DNA of 64,000 bases from an uncultured Campylobacter sp. (GTDB lineage Bacteria; Campylobacterota; Campylobacteria; Campylobacterales; Campylobacteraceae), in assembly GCF_938002845.1 (NCBI RefSeq), contig NZ_CALKZP010000028.1, positions 9,805 to 73,804 on the forward strand, given 5' to 3'. Made by a program: the position numbers and the translations under genes. Below the pieces are notes generated by a model that saw nothing but the letters and a program-made list of their open reading frames with translations, was not told where the DNA came from and searched no databases. Each line of letters starts with the position of its first letter. Positions within the stretch are counted from its first letter, which is position 1. Of the stretch, positions 46,377-57,798 are shown in pieces.

Positions 46377-48614
46377 ATGAGAGAATATAAAAAGCTCTGG
46401 ATGGCGCTTGTAGCGGTACTCATCGTGGGCTTTAGTTTCTTGGGTTTTTACGGCGGCGAGGTGTATAGACAGTCTCCGCCGGTGGTAAAATTTACCGATG
46501 CTAGCGGCAACGAGTTAATCAGCACCGAGCGCATTTACCGCGGGCAGGAGGCCTGGCAGAGTATCGGCGGTATGCAGGTAGGCTCGATCTGGGGTCACGG
46601 AGCGTATCAGGCGCCTGATTGGAGCGCGGATTGGCTGCATAAGGAGCTGGTCGCGTTTATGGATATCAAGGCGCAGGAGCGTTTCGGCGCTAAATTTGAC
46701 GCCTTAAATGACGAGCAAAAGGCGCAGATTAAGGCGCTTACCAAGGCTGAGTACCGCACCAATACCGTAAAAGACGGCACCGTCAAGCTAAGCGATGATC
46801 GCTTGAAAGCTATGGCGGTCGTAAAAGACGAGTACATGGGCGTTTTCGGAAACGATCCGCGCTTTAAAAAGCTTCGCGAGGATTACGCGATGAAGGAAAA
46901 CACGCTCGCAAACGAGCAACACCGCGCCGAGCTCGTGGATTTCATATTTTGGACTGCTTGGGCTGTTTCTACGGATCGTCCGAGCGGAGAGGCGACCTAT
47001 ACCAATAACTGGCCGCACGAGCCGCTGATAGACAATGTCCCTACCACGGAAAACGTCATTTGGACTATCGTAAGCCTCGTTGTTTTGCTTACCGGCATCG
47101 GCTTGTTGGTTTGGTTTGGAAATTTCTACGGCAAAAAGGACGAGGATTTCGAGGCTCCTGCGAAGCTAAATGCAGATCCGATCGCCGCTTTAGCGCTTAC
47201 GCCGTCGCAAAAGGCGCTCGGCAAGTACCTTTTCGTAGCGATTGCATTGTTTGCATTTCAAGCCTTTATCGGCGGCTTTGTTGCGCACTATACGATCGAG
47301 GGTCAGTCCTTTTTCGGGCTTGATATTTCGCAATATATCCCTTACTCGCTAGCTCGCACCTGGCACGTGCAGGCATCCATTTTCTGGATTGCTACGGGCT
47401 TTTTGGCGGCGGGATTGTTTCTAGCTCCGATCATCAACGGCGGCAAAGATCCTAAATTTCAAAAGCTCGGCGTGGACGTGCTTTTCTACGCGCTTCTTTT
47501 CTTGGTCGTCGGCAGCTTCGCGGGCGAATATATGGCGATTGCGGGCAAGATGGATCCAAGCAGCAGCTTCTGGATCGGACATCAAGGATACGAGTATTTA
47601 GACCTCGGTAGAATTTGGCAGCTGATACTGTTTGTGGGCCTTGTGATCTGGATGGTGCTCGTGCTGCGCGGCTTTATCGCGGGCTTCAGAGCCGAGGGCG
47701 ATAAGAATTTATTGGCGATCTTTACTGCTTCGGTTATCGCCGTAGGGCTTTTTTACGGCGCAGGTCTGTTCTACGGACAGCGCTCGCCGATCCCGGTGAT
47801 GGAGTACTGGCGCTGGTGGGTCGTGCACCTTTGGGTCGAGGGATTTTTCGAGGTTTTCGCGACGGCGTCTTTGGCGTTCGTGTTTGCGTCCTTGGGCTTA
47901 GTAAGCAAGAAATTTGCCACCTACACCTCGATTGCTAGCGCGTCGATTTTCCTAATCGGCGGAATTCCGGGTACCTTCCACCACCTCTATTTTGCGGGCA
48001 CCACTACTCCGATAATGGCTGTGGGTGCGAGCTTCTCGGCGCTTGAGGTCGTGCCTTTGGTGCTTTTGGGTTCGGAAGCGTTTCATTACTACAAGCTTCA
48101 ATTTGCGCAGGATTGGGCTAAGCGTCTAAAATGGCCGCTTTACTGCTTCATCGCCGTAGCGTTTTGGAATATGCTAGGCGCGGGCGTTTTCGGCTTTTTA
48201 ATTAATCCGCCGCTTGCGTTATTTTACATCCAGGGCTTAAACACCACCGCGGTGCACGCACATACGGCGCTATTTGGCGTATACGGCTTTTTGGCGCTCG
48301 GCTTCGTATGGCTCGTGGCGCTGTATATCTACAGAGAAAAGAGCTTTGACGATACGCTGATGAAGATCGGCTTTTGGGCGCTTAACGCGGGTCTGCTTCT
48401 AATGGTGCTGATTTCGCTATTGCCTGTCGGAATTTTGCAGGCATTCGCGGCGATCGACGTGGGTATGTGGTACGCAAGAAGCGCGGAATTCTTGCAAAAA
48501 GACAGCCTCTACGGGCTTCGCTGGGCGCGCATCATCGGCGATACTATCTTTTTGGTAGGAAGCGTGTGCTTCTTGCTTCAAATCGTGCGAATGATATTCT
48601 CACGCGCTAAATAG
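46377..48614 (+). CDS. norZ: Quinol-dependent nitric-oxide reductase (single-subunit qNOR, NorZ/NorB large-subunit type)
   Basis: About 745 aa. An N-terminal periplasmic extension is fused to a 12-TM heme-copper-oxidase-like core (HLWVEGFFE, HHLYF, histidine ligands). AAGGAG lies 5 nt upstream of ATG 46377. Confidence 0.85.
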   Translation: MREYKKLWMALVAVLIVGFSFLGFYGGEVYRQSPPVVKFTDASGNELISTERIYRGQEAWQSIGGMQVGSIWGHGAYQAPDWSADWLHKELVAFMDIKAQERFGAKFDALNDEQKAQIKALTKAEYRTNTVKDGTVKLSDDRLKAMAVVKDEYMGVFGNDPRFKKLREDYAMKENTLANEQHRAELVDFIFWTAWAVSTDRPSGEATYTNNWPHEPLIDNVPTTENVIWTIVSLVVLLTGIGLLVWFGNFYGKKDEDFEAPAKLNADPIAALALTPSQKALGKYLFVAIALFAFQAFIGGFVAHYTIEGQSFFGLDISQYIPYSLARTWHVQASIFWIATGFLAAGLFLAPIINGGKDPKFQKLGVDVLFYALLFLVVGSFAGEYMAIAGKMDPSSSFWIGHQGYEYLDLGRIWQLILFVGLVIWMVLVLRGFIAGFRAEGDKNLLAIFTASVIAVGLFYGAGLFYGQRSPIPVMEYWRWWVVHLWVEGFFEVFATASLAFVFASLGLVSKKFATYTSIASASIFLIGGIPGTFHHLYFAGTTTPIMAVGASFSALEVVPLVLLGSEAFHYYKLQFAQDWAKRLKWPLYCFIAVAFWNMLGAGVFGFLINPPLALFYIQGLNTTAVHAHTALFGVYGFLALGFVWLVALYIYREKSFDDTLMKIGFWALNAGLLLMVLISLLPVGILQAFAAIDVGMWYARSAEFLQKDSLYGLRWARIIGDTIFLVGSVCFLLQIVRMIFSRAK

Positions 48615-48643
48615 AGCTTTCGCGAGCTCTTATCGCTTGTTTG

Positions 48644-48677
48644 CCTCGCAGGAATTTTATTCCTCGCGGGGCTTTTT
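48644..48677 (+). terminator. Candidate rho-independent terminator of norZ
   Basis: An interrupted stem, CCTCGC-AGGAAT ttt ATTCCT-(c)GCGGGG, is followed by CTTTTT. Confidence 0.5.
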
Positions 48678-48887
48678 AAATTTAGCGCACTTCGCGCGAG
48701 CTTTTTTCCGCAAAGGGGAGCTGCGCGCGAGTCTTTGCCGCAGACGGTACCTGCGGCTAGTTTTAAATTTAGCCGCAAATCGCGATCAATCTTTAAAATT
48801 TTAAAATTTCATCCCCTTAAATTTACCCGAGCCAAATTTTAAATTTGCTAAAATTACCGCCGAAATTTCAATCTAAAGGAGTGAAAA

Positions 48888-49331
48888 ATGGGTGTGCGAG
48901 AGCAAATTTTAGAAGACATTAAAACGGCGATGAAAAGCGGCGATCACTTCCGCAGAGACAGCCTTAGGATGCTTAACGCCGCGCTTAAGCAGGTCGAGGT
49001 GGACGAGCGCATCAGCCTTAGCGACGAGCGCGTCTTTAGCATACTTCAAAGCGAGATCAAGCGCCGAAACGACTCCGCGGCGCAGTATCGCGCGGGCGGT
49101 CGCGACGATCTGGTGCAAAAAGAGCAGGGCGAGATCGAGATCATCGCGTCTTATCTGCCCGCGCAGCTAAGCGATACCGAGCTTGCCGCCGAGGTTAGCT
49201 CGCTAATCGCTAAGCTCGGCGCGAGCGGCGCAAAGGACATGGGGCGCGTGATGAAAGCCGCCAAAGAAGCGCTCGGCTCAAGCGTGGACGGCAAGCGGCT
49301 GAGCGAGGCAGTCAAAGCGGCACTGAAGTAG
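48888..49331 (+). CDS. yqeY: GatB/YqeY-domain protein
   Basis: Typical YqeY sequence: ILEDIKTAMKSGD...LRMLNAALKQVEVDER...EIEIIASYLP...MGRVMKAAK. Confidence 0.85.
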   Translation: MGVREQILEDIKTAMKSGDHFRRDSLRMLNAALKQVEVDERISLSDERVFSILQSEIKRRNDSAAQYRAGGRDDLVQKEQGEIEIIASYLPAQLSDTELAAEVSSLIAKLGASGAKDMGRVMKAAKEALGSSVDGKRLSEAVKAALK

Positions 49332-49464
49332 CCTGCGTTTGAGGCTAAATTTAAGTCCGGCTACGGCTAAATCGTATCGGCGCAAAATTTCGCTGCTGAA
49401 ATTTTTTGAGATAGAGCTTTGGCTGCGGAATTTATACGCTAATTTAAAATTTTAAAGGATCATC

Positions 49465-50094
49465 ATGAAAAAATTTATCGCGGTTTTACTAGCTGTCCTG
49501 CTTGTGGGGTGCCAGTGCAAACAAAACGTAGTGCCTGGGGCGAACGAAACGCCCGAAAAGATCACGGCATTTTTCATAAACGATGGCAAGGAATACATCG
49601 TAGGCGAGAAACTCAGCTATGTCCTAACGAACGGCTCGTCGCTTAAGAATATCTCGGAATTTTACGATGGCGGATACGCCAAAGGGCTTAAGCGCGAGTT
49701 TGTGCAGATCGAAGTAACCGATGCTAAAAACGGCGAGGCGCGCGGTAGTTTCAGCGCATTTTTGAATTCCGCAGCCGGTGCAGACGTCGCCAAAATCAAA
49801 GCTCTGGCGAACCGTATCGAAATCGATGAGAAAAAGGGCGAGATAGAAGCGATTTTCTACTTCGATGCGCGCGTCGTGCAGATCAAAAATCTGAGCGAAA
49901 TAATGAAGCCAAGCGATAGGCTGCGCTCTCCGATCCCGGCAAATATCGAGGTTAAACCTGAACGCTGCGAGGGCAACGCCCTGCTGGATACGCTAGGCAT
50001 CATCGTGGCTATACCAGTGGTAATCGTGGGCGTAGTGCTATTTCTGCCCGTCGGGGCGATGGAGGCACTGGCGATGCAGCATAGCTCGCGATAA
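49465..50094 (+). CDS. Lipoprotein with an additional C-terminal hydrophobic helix, function unknown
   Basis: Lipobox LLVGC at the N-terminus. C-terminal segment LLDTLGIIVAIPVVIVGVVLFLPVGAM. Confidence 0.65.
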   Translation: MKKFIAVLLAVLLVGCQCKQNVVPGANETPEKITAFFINDGKEYIVGEKLSYVLTNGSSLKNISEFYDGGYAKGLKREFVQIEVTDAKNGEARGSFSAFLNSAAGADVAKIKALANRIEIDEKKGEIEAIFYFDARVVQIKNLSEIMKPSDRLRSPIPANIEVKPERCEGNALLDTLGIIVAIPVVIVGVVLFLPVGAMEALAMQHSSR

Positions 50095-50146
50095 TAAAAG
50101 CCGTGAAATTGCGTATTTTGCAGCGAAACTTACAATGTAATGATCG

Positions 50147-50782
50147 ATGAAGCTCGGCGAAATTTGGCATAACTTAGATCGTAAGTTCGATCTATTTATG
50201 ATCGCATTTTATTTGGCGGCGATGTGGTACGGATTTCTTTTTAGCTTGAATCCTAAAAGCTTAGATGATCTGAAAATCGCAAATGGAATAATCATGGATG
50301 TCAGAAGCGATGATGGGCGCGAATATATGCAGATTTTTACGGATGAGCGCAAATTTATCAAAGTCTTTTTAAATGGCGATACGGATAACTTAACCTCTTT
50401 TTATAAAAATAAAATTTTGCTCAATGCAGCAATTGCTGAAGCTAATTTTAAGCGCTCAGGAGCGGACGAGTGGCAAGGTGTAAATATCAAGCCTTCTATC
50501 TCGCTAATCGCACACGAATGGCTGGAAGGCAAGCGAGTTAAAGCTTGGTATCAAAGCCGTCCGTTTCCGTTTCGGGGTCGCGGTACGGCATATCAGGTCT
50601 TATTTTTGGATTATAATGCGAGCGGCGATCCGCCGCAGCGCGAGTATCTGATGAAATTCAGATATGACAAATACGCTACGACGGATGATAAATTTACAGC
50701 TACGATATTTGGAGCTTTGACGCTCATTTTTCTTGCGATAATGGCGGGCAAATTTTATCAAGCATGGCGCCAACTGCAATAA
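50147..50782 (+). CDS. Membrane protein (N- and C-terminal TM helices), function unknown
   Basis: 211-aa ORF with TM segments FDLFMIAFYLAAMWYGFLF and IFGALTLIFLAIMAG. Confidence 0.6.
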   Translation: MKLGEIWHNLDRKFDLFMIAFYLAAMWYGFLFSLNPKSLDDLKIANGIIMDVRSDDGREYMQIFTDERKFIKVFLNGDTDNLTSFYKNKILLNAAIAEANFKRSGADEWQGVNIKPSISLIAHEWLEGKRVKAWYQSRPFPFRGRGTAYQVLFLDYNASGDPPQREYLMKFRYDKYATTDDKFTATIFGALTLIFLAIMAGKFYQAWRQLQ

Positions 50783-51141
50783 ACATTGCGCCGCGAAATT
50801 TTAATTAGCATCGGATAACCTGAAAACACGGCACGCAGTATTGATACGAAGCATTTTAAAAGGCGCTAGGCTTGCGGCGTGCATTTCATTGCGAATAGCG
50901 GCGCGAGCAGGATAAGCTTACGGCGATAAATTTAAATCGTCATCAAAAACAGATCGAAACGAGATTTAAAATTTTGATAAATAGCGTGCGCCGAGTTTTG
51001 AAATTTTGCGACTCTAGCTACCCCGGCTAGCGCTAAATTTTAAAATTTAAACTGCGCGAGATTTCAAAATTTCAAAATTTTAAATCTCGCGCTCGTTTAG
51101 CAGTATCCATAAATTCCAAACGCCAAATGGGAGCGAATGGG

Positions 51142-53388
51142 CTAAAATAGCCCATTTATCAGCCCTTTAATCGCGTCTGACTGCTCCTTTTTCGCGTCGT
51201 TTTTGCTGCTGTTATCGTCCTTTTTCACGCCGAAAAGCTTGTCGATGCCCTTGCCGATCTGTTTGTCGAGCTTGCCCTTTAGATAGTCTGATTGGATATT
51301 GTATTTCGGCTCTTTGATCGTGCCGGTGATGTTTATTTCAAGATCGGTTTTTTCGATGTTTGCCTTAACCGGCACCGAAATCGCGCCCGTTTTGCTATCC
51401 AGCGTGCCGCCTGTAACGTTTAGCTTGCTTTTTTGCGCGCTCATATCGGCGTTGAAATTGATTAAATTTTGCTTGATCGTGCCGTTTACTTTGGCGTCGT
51501 TATAGACCTCGCCGCCTAGATCGCGGCCTAAAATTTTGCCGATTTTATCGATCAATCCACCGCTAGGAAGGCGGCCGTTATTGATGATCGAGTCAAATTT
51601 TCCGCTGTGCGAGCTGGTATTATACGTAAGATTCGCATTGCCCGTGCCGTCGTAGACGTGATCGATATTTAAAAGCGTCGTAAGCTCTTTGACGATGAAA
51701 TTTTGAATTTTAAAGCTTGCCTCATCGCCCGCGATCTGTCCGTTCAGCTCGCCGCCCGCGACCTTGGAATTTATGGTCGCAAACAGGCTCTTGCCGTCGT
51801 GCGAAAGCTCGCCGGTAGCGGCGATCTTGCCGTTTAGTCTGCGATTTAAGAAAAACTCCAGTCGCTGCAAGCTCGGGATCAGCAGCGCGTAGTTTGCCTT
51901 AAGCGCTTTGTTTTTAAGCTCGTAGGTGCCGTTTAGGCTCTGAAGCTGCGCCAGATCGGAGTTTACGCTAGCGCTAAAGGTCGCGACTGAGTTTTTGATA
52001 TTTGTCTGCGCCTGCGCGTCCGCTTTTAGATCGCTCGGGAAGTTCTTGCCGCTCACGCCGTCTAAAAATTTCTTAAAAATCACGCCGTTAGCGAGCGAAA
52101 TTTGCGCCGTGCCGTTAATGCCGTCCTTTAAGCTTAACTTCGCATCGCCGTTTATCGTGCCGTTTCCGATCGCGCTGCCGTAAAACAGAGCCGAAAGTAC
52201 GACCAGATTTAGATTGCTCGCTTTAAGCTTAAGATCGCTTAAATTTCCGTTCGCATTCAGGTTGCCGCCCATCGCGTTTAGATTTAAGCTTAGATTTTTA
52301 AGCTCATTTTGCGCTAAAGCCGCGCTAAGCTCGCCGTTTGCCTTGCCTTGCAGCTTCACCCCCAGGACGTTTTGCAGCGCGGCTAGATCGTTTGCGTTTA
52401 GCTTCGCGGACAGCTCGCCGTTTTTGTTTTTAAGATCGTATTTAGCCTTCGCATCCGCTTTAAGCGCGTCTTTAAACGCCGAAATTTGCGAGTTTAAAAG
52501 CTCAAGCGTAGAAAAATCGGTCTTTAAATTTCCGTTTGCTTTAACGTCGCCAGAAATTTTGCGCCCGATAAGGCTTTCGAGTTTCGCTAAATCGGGCAAA
52601 TTTAGATTAAAATCGGAATTTAAAGTTTTGTTTTTCAGATCAAATTCCGATTTTTCGGCGCTGATCTTGCCCAGCGTCGAATCGATCTTGCTTGCTGCTC
52701 GCAGGACGTCATTTTGCGCCGTGATGTCCGAGTTTAACGTGATCTGCACGCCCTTTGGGATGGAGATATTCATATCTTTAAACGCAGATTCGTTTAGGAT
52801 CAAATTTGAGCTTTTGATGCTTGCGTTGCCCTCTGCGCCGCTACCACCGGCTTTGATATCCGAGAGCACGTCGATATTTCCTTTGGCGTATATCGGTAGC
52901 GAAGCCACGGCAAGGGCTTTTTCGACGTTTAGAGCTTTAGCGTCGATTTGTAGATCAAGCGGACTAAGGTCTTTTAAATTTGCTAAAAATTTTACGTTGC
53001 TATCAAAAATCCGCCCGCTGCCGTTGATGCCGAATTTGCTAAGATCGCCTAAAATTTGCCCTTTAAGGCTTAGCTCTTCGTCCATTTTTATGCCGAGCTT
53101 GGCTAGATCGTGCGCGTTTGCGTCGTAGCTAAGATCGAAGGAGCGCGCAAAAAGCGAGTATTTGCCCTTTACGTTTACGCTCGCAGCATCATTTACGTTG
53201 GCGCTAATATCCAAATCGCCGAAATTTAGATCGAATTTATCGAGCTTCACGTCAAGGCCGCTTTTTTCTTTGATCAAATTTTCTATGTAAGGCTTGGTGA
53301 GATTGTTGCCAAAATCGCTGAAAAATAGGCAGCCGGCGCCTACGATAAGCAGGATTAAAATTCCTGCGATTATGCCGAAAATTTTCAT
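51142..53388 (-). CDS. AsmA-family/large periplasmic repeat protein (N-terminal membrane anchor)
   Basis: N-terminal TM helix, then about 700 aa of repetitive Asn/Lys/Leu/Gly-rich beta-type sequence. It lies upstream of and divergent from groES, as does a large periplasmic protein gene in C. jejuni. Confidence 0.65.
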   Translation of the reverse strand: MKIFGIIAGILILLIVGAGCLFFSDFGNNLTKPYIENLIKEKSGLDVKLDKFDLNFGDLDISANVNDAASVNVKGKYSLFARSFDLSYDANAHDLAKLGIKMDEELSLKGQILGDLSKFGINGSGRIFDSNVKFLANLKDLSPLDLQIDAKALNVEKALAVASLPIYAKGNIDVLSDIKAGGSGAEGNASIKSSNLILNESAFKDMNISIPKGVQITLNSDITAQNDVLRAASKIDSTLGKISAEKSEFDLKNKTLNSDFNLNLPDLAKLESLIGRKISGDVKANGNLKTDFSTLELLNSQISAFKDALKADAKAKYDLKNKNGELSAKLNANDLAALQNVLGVKLQGKANGELSAALAQNELKNLSLNLNAMGGNLNANGNLSDLKLKASNLNLVVLSALFYGSAIGNGTINGDAKLSLKDGINGTAQISLANGVIFKKFLDGVSGKNFPSDLKADAQAQTNIKNSVATFSASVNSDLAQLQSLNGTYELKNKALKANYALLIPSLQRLEFFLNRRLNGKIAATGELSHDGKSLFATINSKVAGGELNGQIAGDEASFKIQNFIVKELTTLLNIDHVYDGTGNANLTYNTSSHSGKFDSIINNGRLPSGGLIDKIGKILGRDLGGEVYNDAKVNGTIKQNLINFNADMSAQKSKLNVTGGTLDSKTGAISVPVKANIEKTDLEINITGTIKEPKYNIQSDYLKGKLDKQIGKGIDKLFGVKKDDNSSKNDAKKEQSDAIKGLINGLF

Positions 53389-53503
53389 TTCGTCCCCTTA
53401 AAATTTAAAATTTGAAGGTATTATAGCCCTTAAAATTTAACGTTTGAAATCTCAATACTTGAGTTTAAATCACTAAAGTTTTATAAAAATTTTTCATAAA
53501 CTA

Positions 53504-53532
53504 TTGACAAGAATATAAATTTTGCATATAAT
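53504..53532 (+). promoter_or_regulatory. Consensus sigma70 promoter of groES-groEL
   Basis: TTGACA (53504-53509), a 17-nt spacer, then TATAAT (53527-53532). Confidence 0.75.
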
Positions 53533-53533
53533 C

Positions 53534-53560
53534 TTAGCACTCAAACACATTGAGTGCCAA
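53534..53560 (+). promoter_or_regulatory. CIRCE operator (HrcA binding site)
   Basis: TTAGCACTC-N9-GAGTGCCAA compared with the consensus TTAGCACTC-N9-GAGTGCTAA. It sits immediately downstream of the -10 hexamer. Confidence 0.85.
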
Positions 53561-53593
53561 TTTTAGAAATCACAAATCAAAGAAAGGACTGAA

Positions 53594-53857
53594 ATGAAAT
53601 TTCAACCACTTGGCAAGCGCGTTCTAATAGAGCGCGAGGAGGAAACAAAAAAGACCGCTTCGGGCATCATCATCCCAGACAATGCTTCAAAAGAAAAGCC
53701 CTCAACTGGCAAAATCGTAGCCGTCGGCAGCGAATGTGAAGGCGTCAAAAATGGCGATATCGTAGCGTTTGCAAAATACGCAGGTAGCGAGATTAGCTTA
53801 GATGATAAGAAATTTCTTATCTTAAATTTAGAAGATGTTTTAGGCATAATTAAATAA
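53594..53857 (+). CDS. groES: Co-chaperonin GroES
   Basis: [17 protein letters not shown]...GIIIPD...GKIVAVG. Confidence 0.95.
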   Translation: MKFQPLGKRVLIEREEETKKTASGIIIPDNASKEKPSTGKIVAVGSECEGVKNGDIVAFAKYAGSEISLDDKKFLILNLEDVLGIIK

Positions 53858-55507
<1,650 letters not shown>

Positions 55508-55510
55508 TCC

Positions 55511-55538
55511 CATAGGAGCGTCATTCGGCGCTCCTATG
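55511..55538 (+). terminator. Hairpin 4 nt downstream of the groEL stop
   Basis: CATAGGAGCG-tcattcgg-CGCTCCTATG forms a 10-bp perfect stem. No U-tract. Confidence 0.5.
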
Positions 55539-56102
55539 CCATTACAACGGCGCTGTGAGATTTTGCAGCGCCGCGAAATGCTTTATGCGCGGCGATGCTT
55601 TTGCTGTGCGCCGTAAAATGCGATGTGCCGCGTTTTGGATATGTCTAAGGCGCGGCGATTTATTATGAATTAGCGATTAAGTGGTGTGATTTTTAGTCAC
55701 TGCATGATCTCGCAAATTTCGTATCTCGCCGCAAATTTGCGGTCTTGCTGCATTATCCTTTAAAATTAAAAATTTTATCTGAGCTTGCTTTTTACCTTAA
55801 ATTCTGACTTGCCGCTCAAAATCTAAGCGCAGAATTCTAAAACTTTAAAATTTTTCAGCTCTCCTTCTTAAACGCTTACAAGATAAAATTTTGCTGTGGC
55901 GTCATATTTTTAATGTGATAAAATTCTATTGCCAAACAGAATCCTAGCTGTGGAATTTTTACAGCTTAGCCTTTATCAATGTTTTTATTTGGCGATACGG
56001 CTTGGAATTAGAGCTGAAATTTCATAGCCTCACTCATTAAATTTAACGCGGCTTAATCTAAGCTTTGCTAAATTTCGCCTAAAATCCATGGAAAGGAAAA
56101 CG

Positions 56103-57167
56103 ATGAAAAATTTAGCTCGTATTTTTTTAATTGCGTTCATTTTGGCGAGTTTTTCTAGCGCTTTTGCCGCTCAGCAAAGCCATAAATCGCCCGCCGCGTT
56201 GCAAAACCATAAATATAAAATTTCATCTCAGAATTTACGAGCCAAAGATCATTCGAGCAAAAATATAGCGGCAAGATCCTCTGCCGAGCCGCATGCTAAA
56301 AAATCTGCAAATGCTAAAAGCCTTTCAAAATCCAAGCTCACAAAAAATACGCGTGCGTCTAGGAAATCCGCTAAAAATTTCACGCGAAAAAGTGCGAAAA
56401 ATTTTACTAAAAATCCCGGGCAAAATTTCGCATCGCATTCTGCGAGAAATAAAGCATCTAGGCGCCCGACTAATCAATCAAGCAGCCAGAATGAAGCTAG
56501 CAAGAGTCTAGTTGCGACGCTGATGCGTTTGCCAAAGACCCGCATCTATGAGGACGAGGCGCCAAGCGCTCGCGATACGGAGCAAACTTACAGAGGCGCA
56601 GATATGCGGAGAAGCGTAAGCGCGCAAACTCACGGAGGCGCGGATGAGCAGACCGGCAAAACCGTAGACGCACAAGCTCGAAAATTAACGACGACTCGAA
56701 TTGCACAGCCGCAAGCTCGCTACGGCTATAGTGCAACTCGTTCTGGCGCTATGGGGCATACAGCTGCATCTCATTCGAGCGCCACGAAGTATACGGCTCG
56801 TAAAAATGCCCGCGCGCCCTATCTTCCCACATCTGCTCGCTCTAGCCGTGCGATAGGGCGCTCTGGCGGTAGCGCGCTTGGTAGGATGCCGTCGCCAAAG
56901 CGGGGTAATGCGTTAGGACAAGGTGCTGCGATGCGTTATGATGAGCGTTGGGCGAAGCCCGCTCCACAGCCTTATGAGCCTGCGCCTGAGACTGAGAAAA
57001 AGCACGGGCTAATATTTTCGTCGCAGTGGGGCCCCGCCGCGACGAAAAGCAAGTGGCAGCAGCACGAAGCCCCGACGGATGATGCTTCGTCGCGCAATGA
57101 GTCGGTGATGGATATGCTGCAGGACAAGATGAGCAGGGTCAAGGTGAATATGGAGCTAGTGCGCTAG
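56103..57167 (+). CDS. Secreted, very basic, low-complexity (Ser/Ala/Arg/Lys-rich) protein
   Basis: ATG 56103 is preceded by AAGGAA. Signal peptide MKNLARIFLIAFILASFSSAFA/AQ. Tandem RKSAKNFT repeats. Only the last ~60 aa look globular. Confidence 0.6.
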   Translation: MKNLARIFLIAFILASFSSAFAAQQSHKSPAALQNHKYKISSQNLRAKDHSSKNIAARSSAEPHAKKSANAKSLSKSKLTKNTRASRKSAKNFTRKSAKNFTKNPGQNFASHSARNKASRRPTNQSSSQNEASKSLVATLMRLPKTRIYEDEAPSARDTEQTYRGADMRRSVSAQTHGGADEQTGKTVDAQARKLTTTRIAQPQARYGYSATRSGAMGHTAASHSSATKYTARKNARAPYLPTSARSSRAIGRSGGSALGRMPSPKRGNALGQGAAMRYDERWAKPAPQPYEPAPETEKKHGLIFSSQWGPAATKSKWQQHEAPTDDASSRNESVMDMLQDKMSRVKVNMELVR

Positions 57168-57798
57168 CCTAGGCGGCACGCTAGCGCAATTTATATGCAT
57201 AGGCGGTTTAAATTTTGCTGCCTCTATAAGATCGCGATACTGGCGCGGTGTGCTAAACACGAACGGCTGACGTTTTTTCGGCTTTGCCGCCGTGCGAAAC
57301 AATGCCCTAATGCTGCAATTAAAGATAGAATGTTCATATTTCATCTACTTGCTTTGAATTTCACGGCTGCATGCCGCGCTGCTAGGATAAACCATACTGC
57401 ACTCGTTTTGTGCGAGTGAGCGCTGCGACGATACTGCGGTTAAAATTTCGCGGAAATTTCAAAAGCTTAATTTTGTAATTTTACGTCGCAGGACCTCGCT
57501 TACCTGCCAAGTTTGCGGAATTTTGCTTGGCTACGTGGTTTATTAAATTTCGCTTGCCATAAAATTTTGTATAGTTTTATTTGCTACCGGAATTTTTAGA
57601 ATTTTATTAGATGGCGGAATTTTATAGAGCTCTATTCGCTAAAATTTCGCGGCGAAATGAAATTTTTCGTAAGTGCGAAAGCAAAATTTAGTGGGTAAAA
57701 TCCTGCAGGCGAAATTCTACGGCGGCTAGCGAGTGCGAATTATTAAATTTTAACCCCGTTTTGAATAAAATAGCGCAAAAAATTCTAAAGGCTTAAAT

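Noticed and set aside
52214-53128. Long antisense ORFs inside confident genes (304 aa in the AsmA-like gene; also 8508..9191, 57810..58340, 61246..61845, 62357..62770, 26429..26830 and 54961..55368)
   Set aside because: Each fully overlaps a gene with clear family motifs or a clear signal peptide on the other strand. The translations are Ser/Ala/Leu/Arg/Phe-rich nonsense, typical of shadow frames in G+C-biased or repetitive coding DNA.
57156-57344. 62-aa minus-strand ORF convergent with, and overlapping, the end of the basic secreted protein gene
   Set aside because: It has no ribosome-binding site or signal and no recognised motif, and it overlaps a better-supported gene. I treat it as a chance ORF.
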